A DNA stretch of 31,469 bases, from positions 1-31,469 of the forward strand of contig JAEOUH010000039.1 of NCBI GenBank assembly GCA_016839365.1. The letters run 5' to 3'. This DNA is from Candidatus Hermodarchaeota archaeon. Lineage in GTDB: Archaea; Asgardarchaeota; Hermodarchaeia; Hermodarchaeales; Hermodarchaeaceae. How positions within the stretch are numbered: the first letter of the stretch is position 1; each line of letters starts with the position of its first letter. A program made the translations under genes and the position numbers. This document shows, piece after piece, positions 17,995 through 26,691 of this stretch. Under the pieces are notes generated by a model, which did not search any database, was not told the DNA's origin, and saw only the letters and a list, made by a program, of their open reading frames with translations.

Positions 17995-18858
17995 TTGGGG
18001 TTGGTGACCTGCGTGCCTAGAGAATTAGTGATGCTCCGCATTGTTGACACCGGTGAAACAGTTCAAATCACCGATGCAGCTCCAGCGAAGACCCACTTGA
18101 AAGACGATGAAGTCCTCATTGTCATCGACGATGAGGAACGGCTAATTTGGATATGGAAAGGTAATGATGCCCCTGTCCGAAGAAAGTTCATTGCAGCCCG
18201 TCGTGCATCTGGCATCCGAGACCAGCGAGGTCTTGTTTATAAGATTCTATCTGAGGACCAAGGTCAAGAGGGAGCGAAATTCCTGGAGTGTATGGGATTA
18301 CCACTCTCAACCAAGCCTGATGAGGCCATGAAAGCACCACCTTCCGCCCCACCCATGCCGAGGCAAGCCACGGAGCCGGTAGCTGAACCACCAAAACCAA
18401 CTCCAATCCAAGGAACGAAACCTGCGGACTATCGAGAAGCTGTGGTGACAGCGACTAGAACACCAGACCGTCAGACAGTACAGGTTCCGCATGTGCCATC
18501 TGAAATTATTGAACAGGTTGAAAAACTTGAACCAGTTCCAGGTTTTCGCCGAGAATTCGTGTTGATTGGGTTCGATGCCTTTGGCATCACCGAAGAAATT
18601 ACCAGTGTCTTAGGTAAAACAACGAAAACACGAAAATTACAGCGTATTGATTCGTTACCTGAAGGTACTGTCTTCGCCCAAGGATATACCCCACGGGTAG
18701 TGATTAAGGATGGACAAGTCTTGGCTATCGAATTCCTCAAACATCTAGAGGAAGAAGAATACGTGCACGAAAAAGAAGCTGTTAAGGAAGAGATGGCACG
18801 ACAGATTACTGAACTAATTGAAGCATCTCGAAGTGAAAAGAGCCGTCAAAAATCATAG
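17995..18858 (+). CDS. Asgard gelsolin-domain protein with C-terminal X domain (1DGelX-like actin regulator)
   Basis: Gelsolin domain (VLIVID....IWIWKG..A..RRKFIAARRA..I......DQGQE...F), a Pro-rich linker, then an X-like domain (EKLEP.PGFRREFVLIG...LPEG......PRVVI.DGQVLAIEFL). The true start is probably a few codons downstream. Confidence 0.8.
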   Translation: MGLVTCVPRELVMLRIVDTGETVQITDAAPAKTHLKDDEVLIVIDDEERLIWIWKGNDAPVRRKFIAARRASGIRDQRGLVYKILSEDQGQEGAKFLECMGLPLSTKPDEAMKAPPSAPPMPRQATEPVAEPPKPTPIQGTKPADYREAVVTATRTPDRQTVQVPHVPSEIIEQVEKLEPVPGFRREFVLIGFDAFGITEEITSVLGKTTKTRKLQRIDSLPEGTVFAQGYTPRVVIKDGQVLAIEFLKHLEEEEYVHEKEAVKEEMARQITELIEASRSEKSRQKS

Positions 18859-18875
18859 GATTACGAGGGGATAAA

Positions 18876-19271
18876 ATGCAACAGTTTGCGATGAGCGAAG
18901 AAGAAGCCAAACAACTAGCAATGTATCTGCGCGAAATCACGTTGTATACAGAACTTGAAACACTGGCAGTGGTCACAAAAGCGGGTCGACGGGTAGCATT
19001 CAGCTCAACGAAGGGTGTTAACATTGATCCAGATTTATTATCAGCGATTTCTGCGGTCTTGCTACAGACAGGTATCGAAGCGGTGGAGAAACTAGCTTTC
19101 GAACCATTGTTTGAACTCATCGTTCGCGGGGAAAAGGGTATTATTGTGGTCACAGACGCTGGACCTTTAGTGCTCATTGGGGCAGGAGTCAAGATTGAAT
19201 CATTGGGACATGTCGTATCTGTGTTCCGACACTTTGGGCGCGAAATCGCCTCGTTATTTTCCAAAAAGTGA
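18876..19271 (+). CDS. Roadblock/LC7 (LAMTOR/MglB-like) domain protein
   Basis: LAVVTKAG..VA, D.DLLSAISA.L, ELIVRGEKGIIVV..AG, LG.V; ~130 aa. Confidence 0.85.
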   Translation: MQQFAMSEEEAKQLAMYLREITLYTELETLAVVTKAGRRVAFSSTKGVNIDPDLLSAISAVLLQTGIEAVEKLAFEPLFELIVRGEKGIIVVTDAGPLVLIGAGVKIESLGHVVSVFRHFGREIASLFSKK

Positions 19272-19305
19272 GCCTTTTTTCAAGGACCAGCACTAAGTGT
19301 GAGAG

Positions 19306-19893
19306 ATGACACTATTCCAATTTCTCACCATTTGTGATAGCCTTAAGTGGATTCCCCGAACCGGTTGGCTGCTTCGAGGTGTCCCACTCTCGAGTGCAGA
19401 AAATGTTGCTGCGCATTCACACACCACAGCTTTGCTTGCCTATCTTTTCGCGCTCCAATCAGAAGAGCAAGTGGATATTCAACGGCTTCTTGTCATGGCA
19501 TTAATTCACGATCTCCCTGAAGCAGAAATCGGTGATATTCCGATGAGTGCTCAACGGGCAGATTCAGACTTTCGAAAAGCCAAGGAGAAGGCAGAGGATA
19601 ACGCAATGCGAAACATCCTTGCCCATCTTCCACCCAAACTTCAAGCACTTCTACTAGATACGTGGAAAGATTATCAGAAGGGTGCTTCCCTTGAAGCGCG
19701 GCTTGTCGAAACCGCGGACCGTTTGGCTACCGCCCTACATGCAGCGCAGTTAGTTAAAACAGGTTTTCCAGCTAAAACCTTTCAACCATTTTTAGATCAC
19801 GCTCAATTGACTGTGACAAAACTCCAAGTACCCCAGGCAATGGATTTCATCAAAGAGTTACAGCAGATATTTACCCCCAATTCCAAGAAATGA
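19306..19893 (+). CDS. HD-domain hydrolase (YfbR/HDDC2-like 5'-deoxynucleotidase)
   Basis: LK.IPRTGW, ENVAAHS, ALIHDLPEA.IGDI, EARLV..ADRL. Confidence 0.9.
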   Translation: MTLFQFLTICDSLKWIPRTGWLLRGVPLSSAENVAAHSHTTALLAYLFALQSEEQVDIQRLLVMALIHDLPEAEIGDIPMSAQRADSDFRKAKEKAEDNAMRNILAHLPPKLQALLLDTWKDYQKGASLEARLVETADRLATALHAAQLVKTGFPAKTFQPFLDHAQLTVTKLQVPQAMDFIKELQQIFTPNSKK

Positions 19894-19905
19894 ACGGAAG
19901 CTTGA

Positions 19906-19922
19906 GAAAGAAACGTTTAAGA
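19906..19922 (+). promoter_or_regulatory. Putative BRE/TATA promoter of aspS (GAAAGAAACGTTTAAGA)
   Basis: A purine-rich run followed by TTTAA about 35 bp upstream of the aspS ATG. Similar AA(G/C)GNTTTAA elements precede several other genes (near 15140, 16440, 24445, 27572). Confidence 0.4.
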
Positions 19923-19952
19923 CACGCATCAACCGAGAACCCGCAGGAGTAG

Positions 19953-21320
19953 ATGAAGATCACACTAAAACCAAAGTCACCGAACAAATCTAGCAACGGA
20001 ATGCTCCAACGAACCCACTATTCCAATGAGCTCAATCCGGAATTAGCGGGGGAGAATATTACAGTTGCTGGATGGGTGCAGCGTATTCGACGCTTAGGCA
20101 AGATTAGCTTTCTATTGGTTCGGGATCGAGAGGGAATTGTACAGTGTACACTTCCCCATGCTAAAACAGCTCCTGAACTCCTTGAGATGCTGGACAAACT
20201 GGATAACGAATATGCCGTTGTGGTAAAAGGGAAAGTCAAGGCAGAGAAGCAAGCAAAACGAGGTATTGAGCTCATCCCTGAACAGATTCTATTAGTAAAT
20301 TCTGCCCCTGCAACTCTGCCCTTAGATACATCAGGGAAGGTTGAAGCAGATATTGGCACACGATTCGATAATCGTGTCATGGATTTACGACGAATAGAAG
20401 CACAACAACTCTTCAAAATACAACATTTCACAGTTTCTCGAATGCGACACTTCCTCGAGGAGCACGGTTTTCGCGAAATTCACACACCAAAAATCGTTGC
20501 CACAGCCACAGAGGGTGGAGCTGACTTATTTGAAGTACAATACTTCGAACGGAAGGCGTTCTTGGCTCAGAGTCCCCAATTTTACAAGCAGCTCAGCCTT
20601 GTGGCAGGCTTCGACCGAGTCTATGAAGTTGCCCCAGTCTATCGCGCGGAGAAGCATAATACGCCGCGCCACCTGAATGAATACACGAGTTTCGATTATG
20701 AAATGGCCTGGATTCAAGACGAAGAAGAAGTAATGCGCCTTGAAGAGCATATGCTTGTAGATGCCTTCAAAGCTGTCAACAAAACCTGTGCAGAAGAACT
20801 CAAAGAACTCAATGCTGAGATCAAGGCACCCAGAATTCCGATTAAGCGGATTGAGGTTCGAGAAGCCCTTGATATGTTGCGTGATGAGGGGTTTGAGCTT
20901 CCTCCAGATTCTGACATTCCCGCTGAAGGGGAAGAAAAGCTCTACCACCGCATGAAAAAAGAAACAGGCGAGGAGTTCTTCTTTCTGACCCGATACCCTA
21001 CTGCCATTCGACCCTTCTATACAATGCCATTGGAAAGTGATCCAACGCTAACTCGTGGCTTCGATTTAATTTATCGGGGAATGGAAGTCACTACTGGAAG
21101 TCAACGGATTCACACATATGACCTGTTAGTCGAGAAACTTAAGGAAACAGGATTGAATCCCAAGACCTTCGCTTTCTATGTTGAGCCCTTTAAATTTGGA
21201 GCTCCACCTCATGGGGGGCTGGCAATTGGTGTGGAGAGGTTGACGATGCAAATGCTGGGTTACTCCAACATCCGTGAAGCAGTTCTTTTTCCACGGGACC
21301 GAACCCGACTTGTCCCCTAA
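19953..21320 (+). CDS. aspS: Aspartate--tRNA ligase, archaeal type
   Basis: OB-fold VAGWV..IR.LG, TEGGA.LF, LAQSPQFYKQ, YRAEKHNT.RHLNE, GSQRIH, GAPPHGG..IGVERL. Alternative start at ATG 20001. Confidence 0.96.
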   Translation: MKITLKPKSPNKSSNGMLQRTHYSNELNPELAGENITVAGWVQRIRRLGKISFLLVRDREGIVQCTLPHAKTAPELLEMLDKLDNEYAVVVKGKVKAEKQAKRGIELIPEQILLVNSAPATLPLDTSGKVEADIGTRFDNRVMDLRRIEAQQLFKIQHFTVSRMRHFLEEHGFREIHTPKIVATATEGGADLFEVQYFERKAFLAQSPQFYKQLSLVAGFDRVYEVAPVYRAEKHNTPRHLNEYTSFDYEMAWIQDEEEVMRLEEHMLVDAFKAVNKTCAEELKELNAEIKAPRIPIKRIEVREALDMLRDEGFELPPDSDIPAEGEEKLYHRMKKETGEEFFFLTRYPTAIRPFYTMPLESDPTLTRGFDLIYRGMEVTTGSQRIHTYDLLVEKLKETGLNPKTFAFYVEPFKFGAPPHGGLAIGVERLTMQMLGYSNIREAVLFPRDRTRLVP

Positions 21321-21382
21321 TGGTGTCTTGATACAGGTAAATTCAAGAGGATAACAGCATACAGGATAGATGGGTGTATTCG

Positions 21383-21583
21383 ATGTCAAAACCAAGTGAC
21401 CAAATGAGTGCCTATTTTCAAAAGAAGGGTGAAAACCTCGAAGAGCTAGCGGATCACCATGCAGCGATTGGTGAAGTACCCCAGGCCAAAGAGCTCTATG
21501 CTCAAGCTCGTTCGATGTTTGAACGATTAGGCAATGAGGAACTAATTTCTCGCATTGACGGAAAAGTAGGGAAGCTCAAGTAG
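21383..21583 (+). CDS. Small protein with a single TPR-like helical hairpin
   Basis: LEELA......GE..QA.ELY.QA..MFERLG pattern; ATG at 21383. Confidence 0.55.
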   Translation: MSKPSDQMSAYFQKKGENLEELADHHAAIGEVPQAKELYAQARSMFERLGNEELISRIDGKVGKLK

Positions 21584-21617
21584 TTCAGCGGAGTGGTTTT
21601 TCAGCGTCGTTTTCACT

Positions 21618-22766
21618 TTAGAAGATGGTAATAAACCGGGTTGCAGGCTCACTGCGAAGTCGTACAGCAACATGGTCATTATTAAGCTGGAGAAAATGCC
21701 GTTCATGTTCTGTTAGCTTTTGATCAAGGGGGGAAAGGACTGCATCGAGGCCATTTGTGAGAATGAAGTTACCAACCTGATTGACCATTGGATTTGATTG
21801 ATTGACCTTCGTTTCAAAAAAGACCAAGGGACTCTGTAAAGCCGCATAACGAGTACAGAGCCAATAAGCCAGCTTGGGGGAGAGCTCAGGTGGATTAACT
21901 AGGAAGAGGGGAGGAAGAGAATTTTCCTCGCGTGAAATAAGCTTCATGAGCAGTAGGTTCATTGCAAAAACGCTAGTTGGTGTATCAGTAACCGAGATTA
22001 TTGTTGGAAGATGCGTGATATGAGACAAGGCGACATTGTCATAATTTGGTTTGAGTAGGTCATGGGGGAGGGCATCAATTAAGCGGCGTATTTCAAAATA
22101 AGAAGCACCATGATGGTGATAAAATGATAGAGTATTTTGGAGGTACTCAATTGACGGTTGAGCAGCCGACAGAAGTATTTTCCAGATAATTACGTGAAGA
22201 AGATTCCGAGCTGTAGGAGAGAGAGGATAGAACTCTTCAAAGAGTCTTATAAGGATGCTAATCTGCTGCGAGGGATGCAGTCCACCGCCTAAGTTCAAGG
22301 CGTTGAAGGTGATTTCATCCTTTTCTAAGTCTAGATGCCACAGGGGACCTTCACAGACTTGTTGTTCGAGACCCTCTGAGGGCGCCCCTTTGATGACAAT
22401 GACTGGGATGCGGTGATCGTCATGAAGTTGTATGAGCAGATTGAAGTAGATGTCTTGAGCCCTGGGACCGACAACGAAGAGGTTGATGAGGTCTTGAAGT
22501 GTCAATGAAAAGGGGTGAGTTTGATGGTTCTGTATTAGGTATCCGATTTGAATCAACCCGGTCGTGTGGTGCGATTCGAAGTTAAAATGCGAACTTTCAT
22601 CCGACAAGCCGTTTCCCCACATTCCATGCGGGTTCCGCCTCTTTTTTAGGTATTCGTGATAGTCTGTTTTAATAGACAGACATACTGCAGAGAGGTCACT
22701 GAAAGTAATCGCTGACCTTACTCCACTATGCCGTTTCCTATTTAAGCGATAAGCGGTAATGCTCAT
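21618..22766 (-). CDS. Hypothetical protein, degenerate HerA/VirB4-like ATPase fold
   Basis: Order of elements matches HerA-type ATPases (IG......PF.L...DL.NLFVVGP..., IPVIVI, FNAL, PSI..L), but there is no GKT/S. The start may be Met at 22622. Confidence 0.5.
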   Translation of the reverse strand: MSITAYRLNRKRHSGVRSAITFSDLSAVCLSIKTDYHEYLKKRRNPHGMWGNGLSDESSHFNFESHHTTGLIQIGYLIQNHQTHPFSLTLQDLINLFVVGPRAQDIYFNLLIQLHDDHRIPVIVIKGAPSEGLEQQVCEGPLWHLDLEKDEITFNALNLGGGLHPSQQISILIRLFEEFYPLSPTARNLLHVIIWKILLSAAQPSIEYLQNTLSFYHHHGASYFEIRRLIDALPHDLLKPNYDNVALSHITHLPTIISVTDTPTSVFAMNLLLMKLISREENSLPPLFLVNPPELSPKLAYWLCTRYAALQSPLVFFETKVNQSNPMVNQVGNFILTNGLDAVLSPLDQKLTEHERHFLQLNNDHVAVRLRSEPATRFITIF

Positions 22767-22787
22767 TTCATCGATGAGGCGAAGCCT

Positions 22788-23702
22788 ATGAAAGTGAAAC
22801 CATTCATTGCGATAATGCGCCCCGCGAATCCATTATTTGGTAGCCTCACCGCCATAATCGGCATTCTTACCACAAACTACTTCATCATCACCAACTTTGG
22901 ATTAGTCCGCTGGACGATTCCGGAACTAATCATCGTTTTGATTCTAACAGCACTCACCTACATTTTTCTCGCTTCAGCAGGCAACGTAGTCAACGACATC
23001 TACGACATAGAGGTCGACAAGGTCAACCGTCCTGAACGGCCTCTTCCCAGTGGACAAATCACACTGCGCCAAGCTAGGGTGTGGACAGTAATACTTGTCC
23101 TCATCTCCCTATTCTTCTCAGCTCTAACCATTCCATACTCAGCGATTGGTTTTTGGACAGTTGCCATTGCGACCCTGTTTGCGCTTGTCGGATTAGCCTA
23201 TGCAGCTAAAGGAAAGGTTATGGGCATATGGGGGAACTTCACGGTCGCGATTAGCTTTGCTTTTGGACTCTTCTATGGATCTCTGGTAACCTTTTTGTTT
23301 ATTCCACCAGTCATCTTCATCTACTTCTTAACCGCGGCTAGTGTTCTTCAGGGACGAGAAATCATAAAAGGAATTGAAGATGTGGAAGGTGATGCGCTTC
23401 GTGATGTCCAAACAATTGCCCGAAAATACGGTGTCCGCAAAGCAGCTATTGCCGCAGCAATCTGTAACGTCATCGGTATTATCGGCTTTTGGATACCATG
23501 GATTGCCAATTTGCAAAGTTTTCAATGGACCGGAATTCTTTACATCGTGTTATTAATTCCAGGGTCCATCTGTGTAGCATTATCAACAATCATCATACTA
23601 GGAAACCCTGAGAAGAACGCATCTAGAGCTAGTTTCTTTGACAAACTGGGCGCCTATCTGGGCTTGTTAAACTACGTGCTTGGATCGATTTTTATTATAT
23701 GA
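22788..23702 (+). CDS. UbiA-family digeranylgeranylglyceryl phosphate (DGGGP) synthase
   Basis: MRP.N, NDIYDIEVDKVNRPERPLPSG, GN..VA, REIIKGIEDVEGD; multi-TM. Confidence 0.9.
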   Translation: MKVKPFIAIMRPANPLFGSLTAIIGILTTNYFIITNFGLVRWTIPELIIVLILTALTYIFLASAGNVVNDIYDIEVDKVNRPERPLPSGQITLRQARVWTVILVLISLFFSALTIPYSAIGFWTVAIATLFALVGLAYAAKGKVMGIWGNFTVAISFAFGLFYGSLVTFLFIPPVIFIYFLTAASVLQGREIIKGIEDVEGDALRDVQTIARKYGVRKAAIAAAICNVIGIIGFWIPWIANLQSFQWTGILYIVLLIPGSICVALSTIIILGNPEKNASRASFFDKLGAYLGLLNYVLGSIFII

Positions 23703-24406
23703 AAGGAGAGAAAACGAGGCTGCGAATTGCTGCCACAAGTGACATTCATTGGCCCCAATATCAGGGATTGTTCATCAAAGCTTTACGACAATTACCCAAG
23801 CCTGATCTTTTACTCCTCGCAGGTGACCTTGTCAATCGGGGAAACCCACACAGCATTACTCCGGTCATTGAAAAGCTGAAAGAAGCCAAATTAGAGTGCC
23901 CAATACTCGCTTGTTTTGGAAACGACGACTATGATTCCATTAAAGATACAATGCGCACGCAAGGACAAGACACTATACAATTTTTAGATGATGAACTCGT
24001 GACACTTCCCATTCAAGGAAAACAGGTTTCAATCGTGGGGAGCCGTGGCGTCCTTGACCAACCTACTTTTTGGCAGTCTCGAAACATCAAGGAAATAAAA
24101 GAAGTTTATACGAAAAGACTTGATGTTCTCGATTCCTTACTCGAGAAGGCAAAGGCACTGAGCCGATATTTGATTCTCCTCACTCACTACACCCCCACCT
24201 TTATGACGTTGAAAGGCGAAACTAAACGATCCCACGCCCAAATGGGCAGTCGACGGGTCGAAGAACTGCTCAAAAAACACTCGCCAATGCTTGCAGTTCA
24301 CGGACACGCACACAACGGATTGCCTAAAGCCAAGTTGAACAAGGTGCGAATCTACAACGTTGCCCTCCCCTTGAACCGTCGGATTGTCGTCATCAATCGA
24401 TTATAA
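23699..24406 (+). CDS. Calcineurin-like metallophosphoesterase
   Basis: SDIH, AGDL, FGNDD, THY.P, HGHAH. ATGA overlap with the upstream gene. Confidence 0.9.
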   Translation: MKGEKTRLRIAATSDIHWPQYQGLFIKALRQLPKPDLLLLAGDLVNRGNPHSITPVIEKLKEAKLECPILACFGNDDYDSIKDTMRTQGQDTIQFLDDELVTLPIQGKQVSIVGSRGVLDQPTFWQSRNIKEIKEVYTKRLDVLDSLLEKAKALSRYLILLTHYTPTFMTLKGETKRSHAQMGSRRVEELLKKHSPMLAVHGHAHNGLPKAKLNKVRIYNVALPLNRRIVVINRL

Positions 24407-24539
24407 TCGAATTCTTGTGAAGATGAGCTGCGCGCTATCGCAAGGATTTAAGTCGGACGGAAACTCGTTTCCAAGCCTGTTTGCGCCCGTTTTACTGAAT
24501 TAGGAAAAGTATATGTGGTTTCCAAGAAACGGAAGGCTC

Positions 24540-26024
24540 ATGTCCCAGCCAGCGGTGGATCCAAAAAACAGTGGTTTCTGTCCCTCCTGCCATATCAATA
24601 TGGCAGAACGTTACTGCAAAGAATGTGGACAAGTCTTTTGTCTCCCTTGTTCACGTCAGGATAACAGCGAATTCTACACCTGTGCCCGCTGCGGACCGGA
24701 CACCATCGAAGAACGGGAAGAGGGTGAATGGGTTTGCACCGAATGTGATGGACCCGCTCAGTTGGCGACCCGCCGAGTCCATCTTTGCCCAAATTGTGGC
24801 TCCGAGGGAATCGTCCCAATTCACAATATGCGACAAGAACTGGTTGGCCGCTATCGGACGACTTACTACAGGCTTAGAACAGGTCATGAACTGCTATCAG
24901 GATTTGCTGCCCGGTTGCGGATTTTACGATGGCGAATCCGAGAATTACGAACAGCGAGTTTTCTGCATGACCCAGATGTGGAAAAGGAACTCCTTGATCT
25001 GATTAAATCTGACTTGTCTAGCGTCCAAGAACGTATTCTCTTTCGTGCACGGAGTGTAGTCGAACGGCATCGAGCAAGCAAGATTCGCTTTTTGCACCCA
25101 GAACGTTGGACCATCACAGACTTTCCCTTGCTGGCTGGTCTAATCGAAGCGATCCAAGAAGACGTGGCAGACTACCAGGCCTATTGTCGTGATCTTGTCG
25201 GTGAGCTAGACGTAAAACTTGCTACCATCGAGGCCCGGCTAACCAAGATTGCCGAATGGCACAAACTCTTCGATGACCACATCGAATATCTTCCACTTAT
25301 TGAGAATGAACGACCCGTTGCTGCTATTCATCCTGTGAGCCTGAACAAAACCGACACGAATGAAAGGATGGGTAACGGAATCTTATTCATCACCAGCAAG
25401 CGTTTGATCTTTCTGGGGCGGAAAGGGTTCTTTACCAAAGAAACTAGGGTCATCCGTTCATTAGCCCTTGCGGAAATCACCGATGTTGAGCTTGAAGGAC
25501 GGATTCGCAAACGGCTACGAGTCGCAATTGAAAATGATGAGTTGAAACTTGGTGGCCCCTCAAGAGTATTGGAAGACATCCCGGATGCCATTAATTTAGC
25601 AACAAGCTTCTCGGAGCACAGCCTGGTCACTACCTCGGGTTCTCTGCGTATTCTAAATTTAAAGGTCGATGTGACTTCTCTGCGGGATGAATTGGATCAA
25701 CTCATTAATTACGCAATTTCTCCTGAGGACGGAGACCTATCTCGCCAACCTGAGGGGTCTCGCCCTTATCCATATCCCGATGGGTATTATCCTCGGTTTT
25801 CTTCACGATCTGATGGGTTAGAGCGAGATCCTGTCTTCCAGCTAGAGCAACAGCGGTTTAGCATCGAATCCACTATGGAGTTGCTCAAGAAGCAGTTCGA
25901 GGAAGGAAAGCTGTCTGATGAGAAATTCTTCAAACAGTACCGTTCCCTAACTCAAGAACTGTATCTTGTGGAAGCCCGGATACGAGACACACAATCTCGT
26001 AAGGGTTTCGAAGACAAACGATAA
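24540..26024 (+). CDS. Multi-Zn-finger / coiled-coil / PH-like / steadiness-box (Vps23/37-like) protein
   Basis: Six CxxC pairs; a long helical region; PH-fold motif GILFITSKRLIF...LAEI.DV; C-terminal QQRFSIESTMELLKKQFEEGKLSDEKFFKQYRSLTQELYL, resembling the ESCRT-I steadiness box. Start at 24513 or 24540. Confidence 0.7.
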   Translation: MSQPAVDPKNSGFCPSCHINMAERYCKECGQVFCLPCSRQDNSEFYTCARCGPDTIEEREEGEWVCTECDGPAQLATRRVHLCPNCGSEGIVPIHNMRQELVGRYRTTYYRLRTGHELLSGFAARLRILRWRIRELRTASFLHDPDVEKELLDLIKSDLSSVQERILFRARSVVERHRASKIRFLHPERWTITDFPLLAGLIEAIQEDVADYQAYCRDLVGELDVKLATIEARLTKIAEWHKLFDDHIEYLPLIENERPVAAIHPVSLNKTDTNERMGNGILFITSKRLIFLGRKGFFTKETRVIRSLALAEITDVELEGRIRKRLRVAIENDELKLGGPSRVLEDIPDAINLATSFSEHSLVTTSGSLRILNLKVDVTSLRDELDQLINYAISPEDGDLSRQPEGSRPYPYPDGYYPRFSSRSDGLERDPVFQLEQQRFSIESTMELLKKQFEEGKLSDEKFFKQYRSLTQELYLVEARIRDTQSRKGFEDKR

Positions 26025-26054
26025 ATCAAGCTAACATTTGAAGGCGTACGTAAG

Positions 26055-26687
26055 TTATTCTTTAACTTCCTTTTTCAGGCGTTCAAGTTCTCGCTTTGTT
26101 CGCTCGCGTCGTTCCTCTGAGGTTTCGAGGAGCTCTTCTTCGCCTTCAGGCACAGAAGGTAGTTGACCTGCTTCTTCGAGGGCGATCATGGTTTCGATGT
26201 CCTCAAGTTCGGCATCAACCTCAGCGTCCATTTCTTCGTCCTCAAGGCCGAGTCCCAGGATTTCTTCGGTGGCTTCAGCTTCCTCAATGAGGGCTTGTGT
26301 TTCAAGAATAACTTCACGTGCGACCTCTGGTGAAGCTGTCTCTCGTAGGTTCTCCAGTTCAGCACCGATGCCTTTGAGGGCACTGATAACTTCAGTTTCT
26401 CCACGAGCTTGATCGATGGCTTCAACGCCACGTTCCATCAAATCGATTTCTTGCTCAATCAGACGGGCTTTGCGCAGATAGCGTTGACGTCTACGAAGCT
26501 GTAACTTCGCCGCCTTTCGATCACCCCGACGAACATAACGGATAGCTTTAATCCTCGAGTCCTTGGCCTTCGTTTCATATTGACGACCACGGACTTCAAG
26601 TTTGTCTGTTACCCGATGAATCCGGGCAATCGTGTCTTCTTTAGGTTCAGGTTTTTTCGGAAAGAGTTTTTCCCAGAATTTAGCCAT
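26055..26687 (-). CDS. ESCRT-III subunit, Snf7 family, Vps20/32/60 class
   Basis: N-terminal amphipathic MAKFWEKLF, basic helical hairpin with G.RKAA...LRRR..Y, acidic C-half with EVDAELE, LPSVP (MIM2-like), and a terminal helix. Confidence 0.9.
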   Translation of the reverse strand: MAKFWEKLFPKKPEPKEDTIARIHRVTDKLEVRGRQYETKAKDSRIKAIRYVRRGDRKAAKLQLRRRQRYLRKARLIEQEIDLMERGVEAIDQARGETEVISALKGIGAELENLRETASPEVAREVILETQALIEEAEATEEILGLGLEDEEMDAEVDAELEDIETMIALEEAGQLPSVPEGEEELLETSEERRERTKRELERLKKEVKE

Positions 26688-26691
26688 TTGT

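Noticed and set aside
18876-19271. Profilin (tempting next to a gelsolin gene)
   Set aside because: The helix-beta-hairpin-long-helix pattern with D..SA..A is roadblock/LC7-like rather than profilin-like.
24579-24660. FYVE domain (ESCRT-0 Vps27/Hrs-like), suggested by CKECGQVFCLPCS
   Set aside because: The PI3P-binding R(R/K)HHCR and WxxD motifs are absent. The spacing fits a B-box-like or generic Zn finger equally well.
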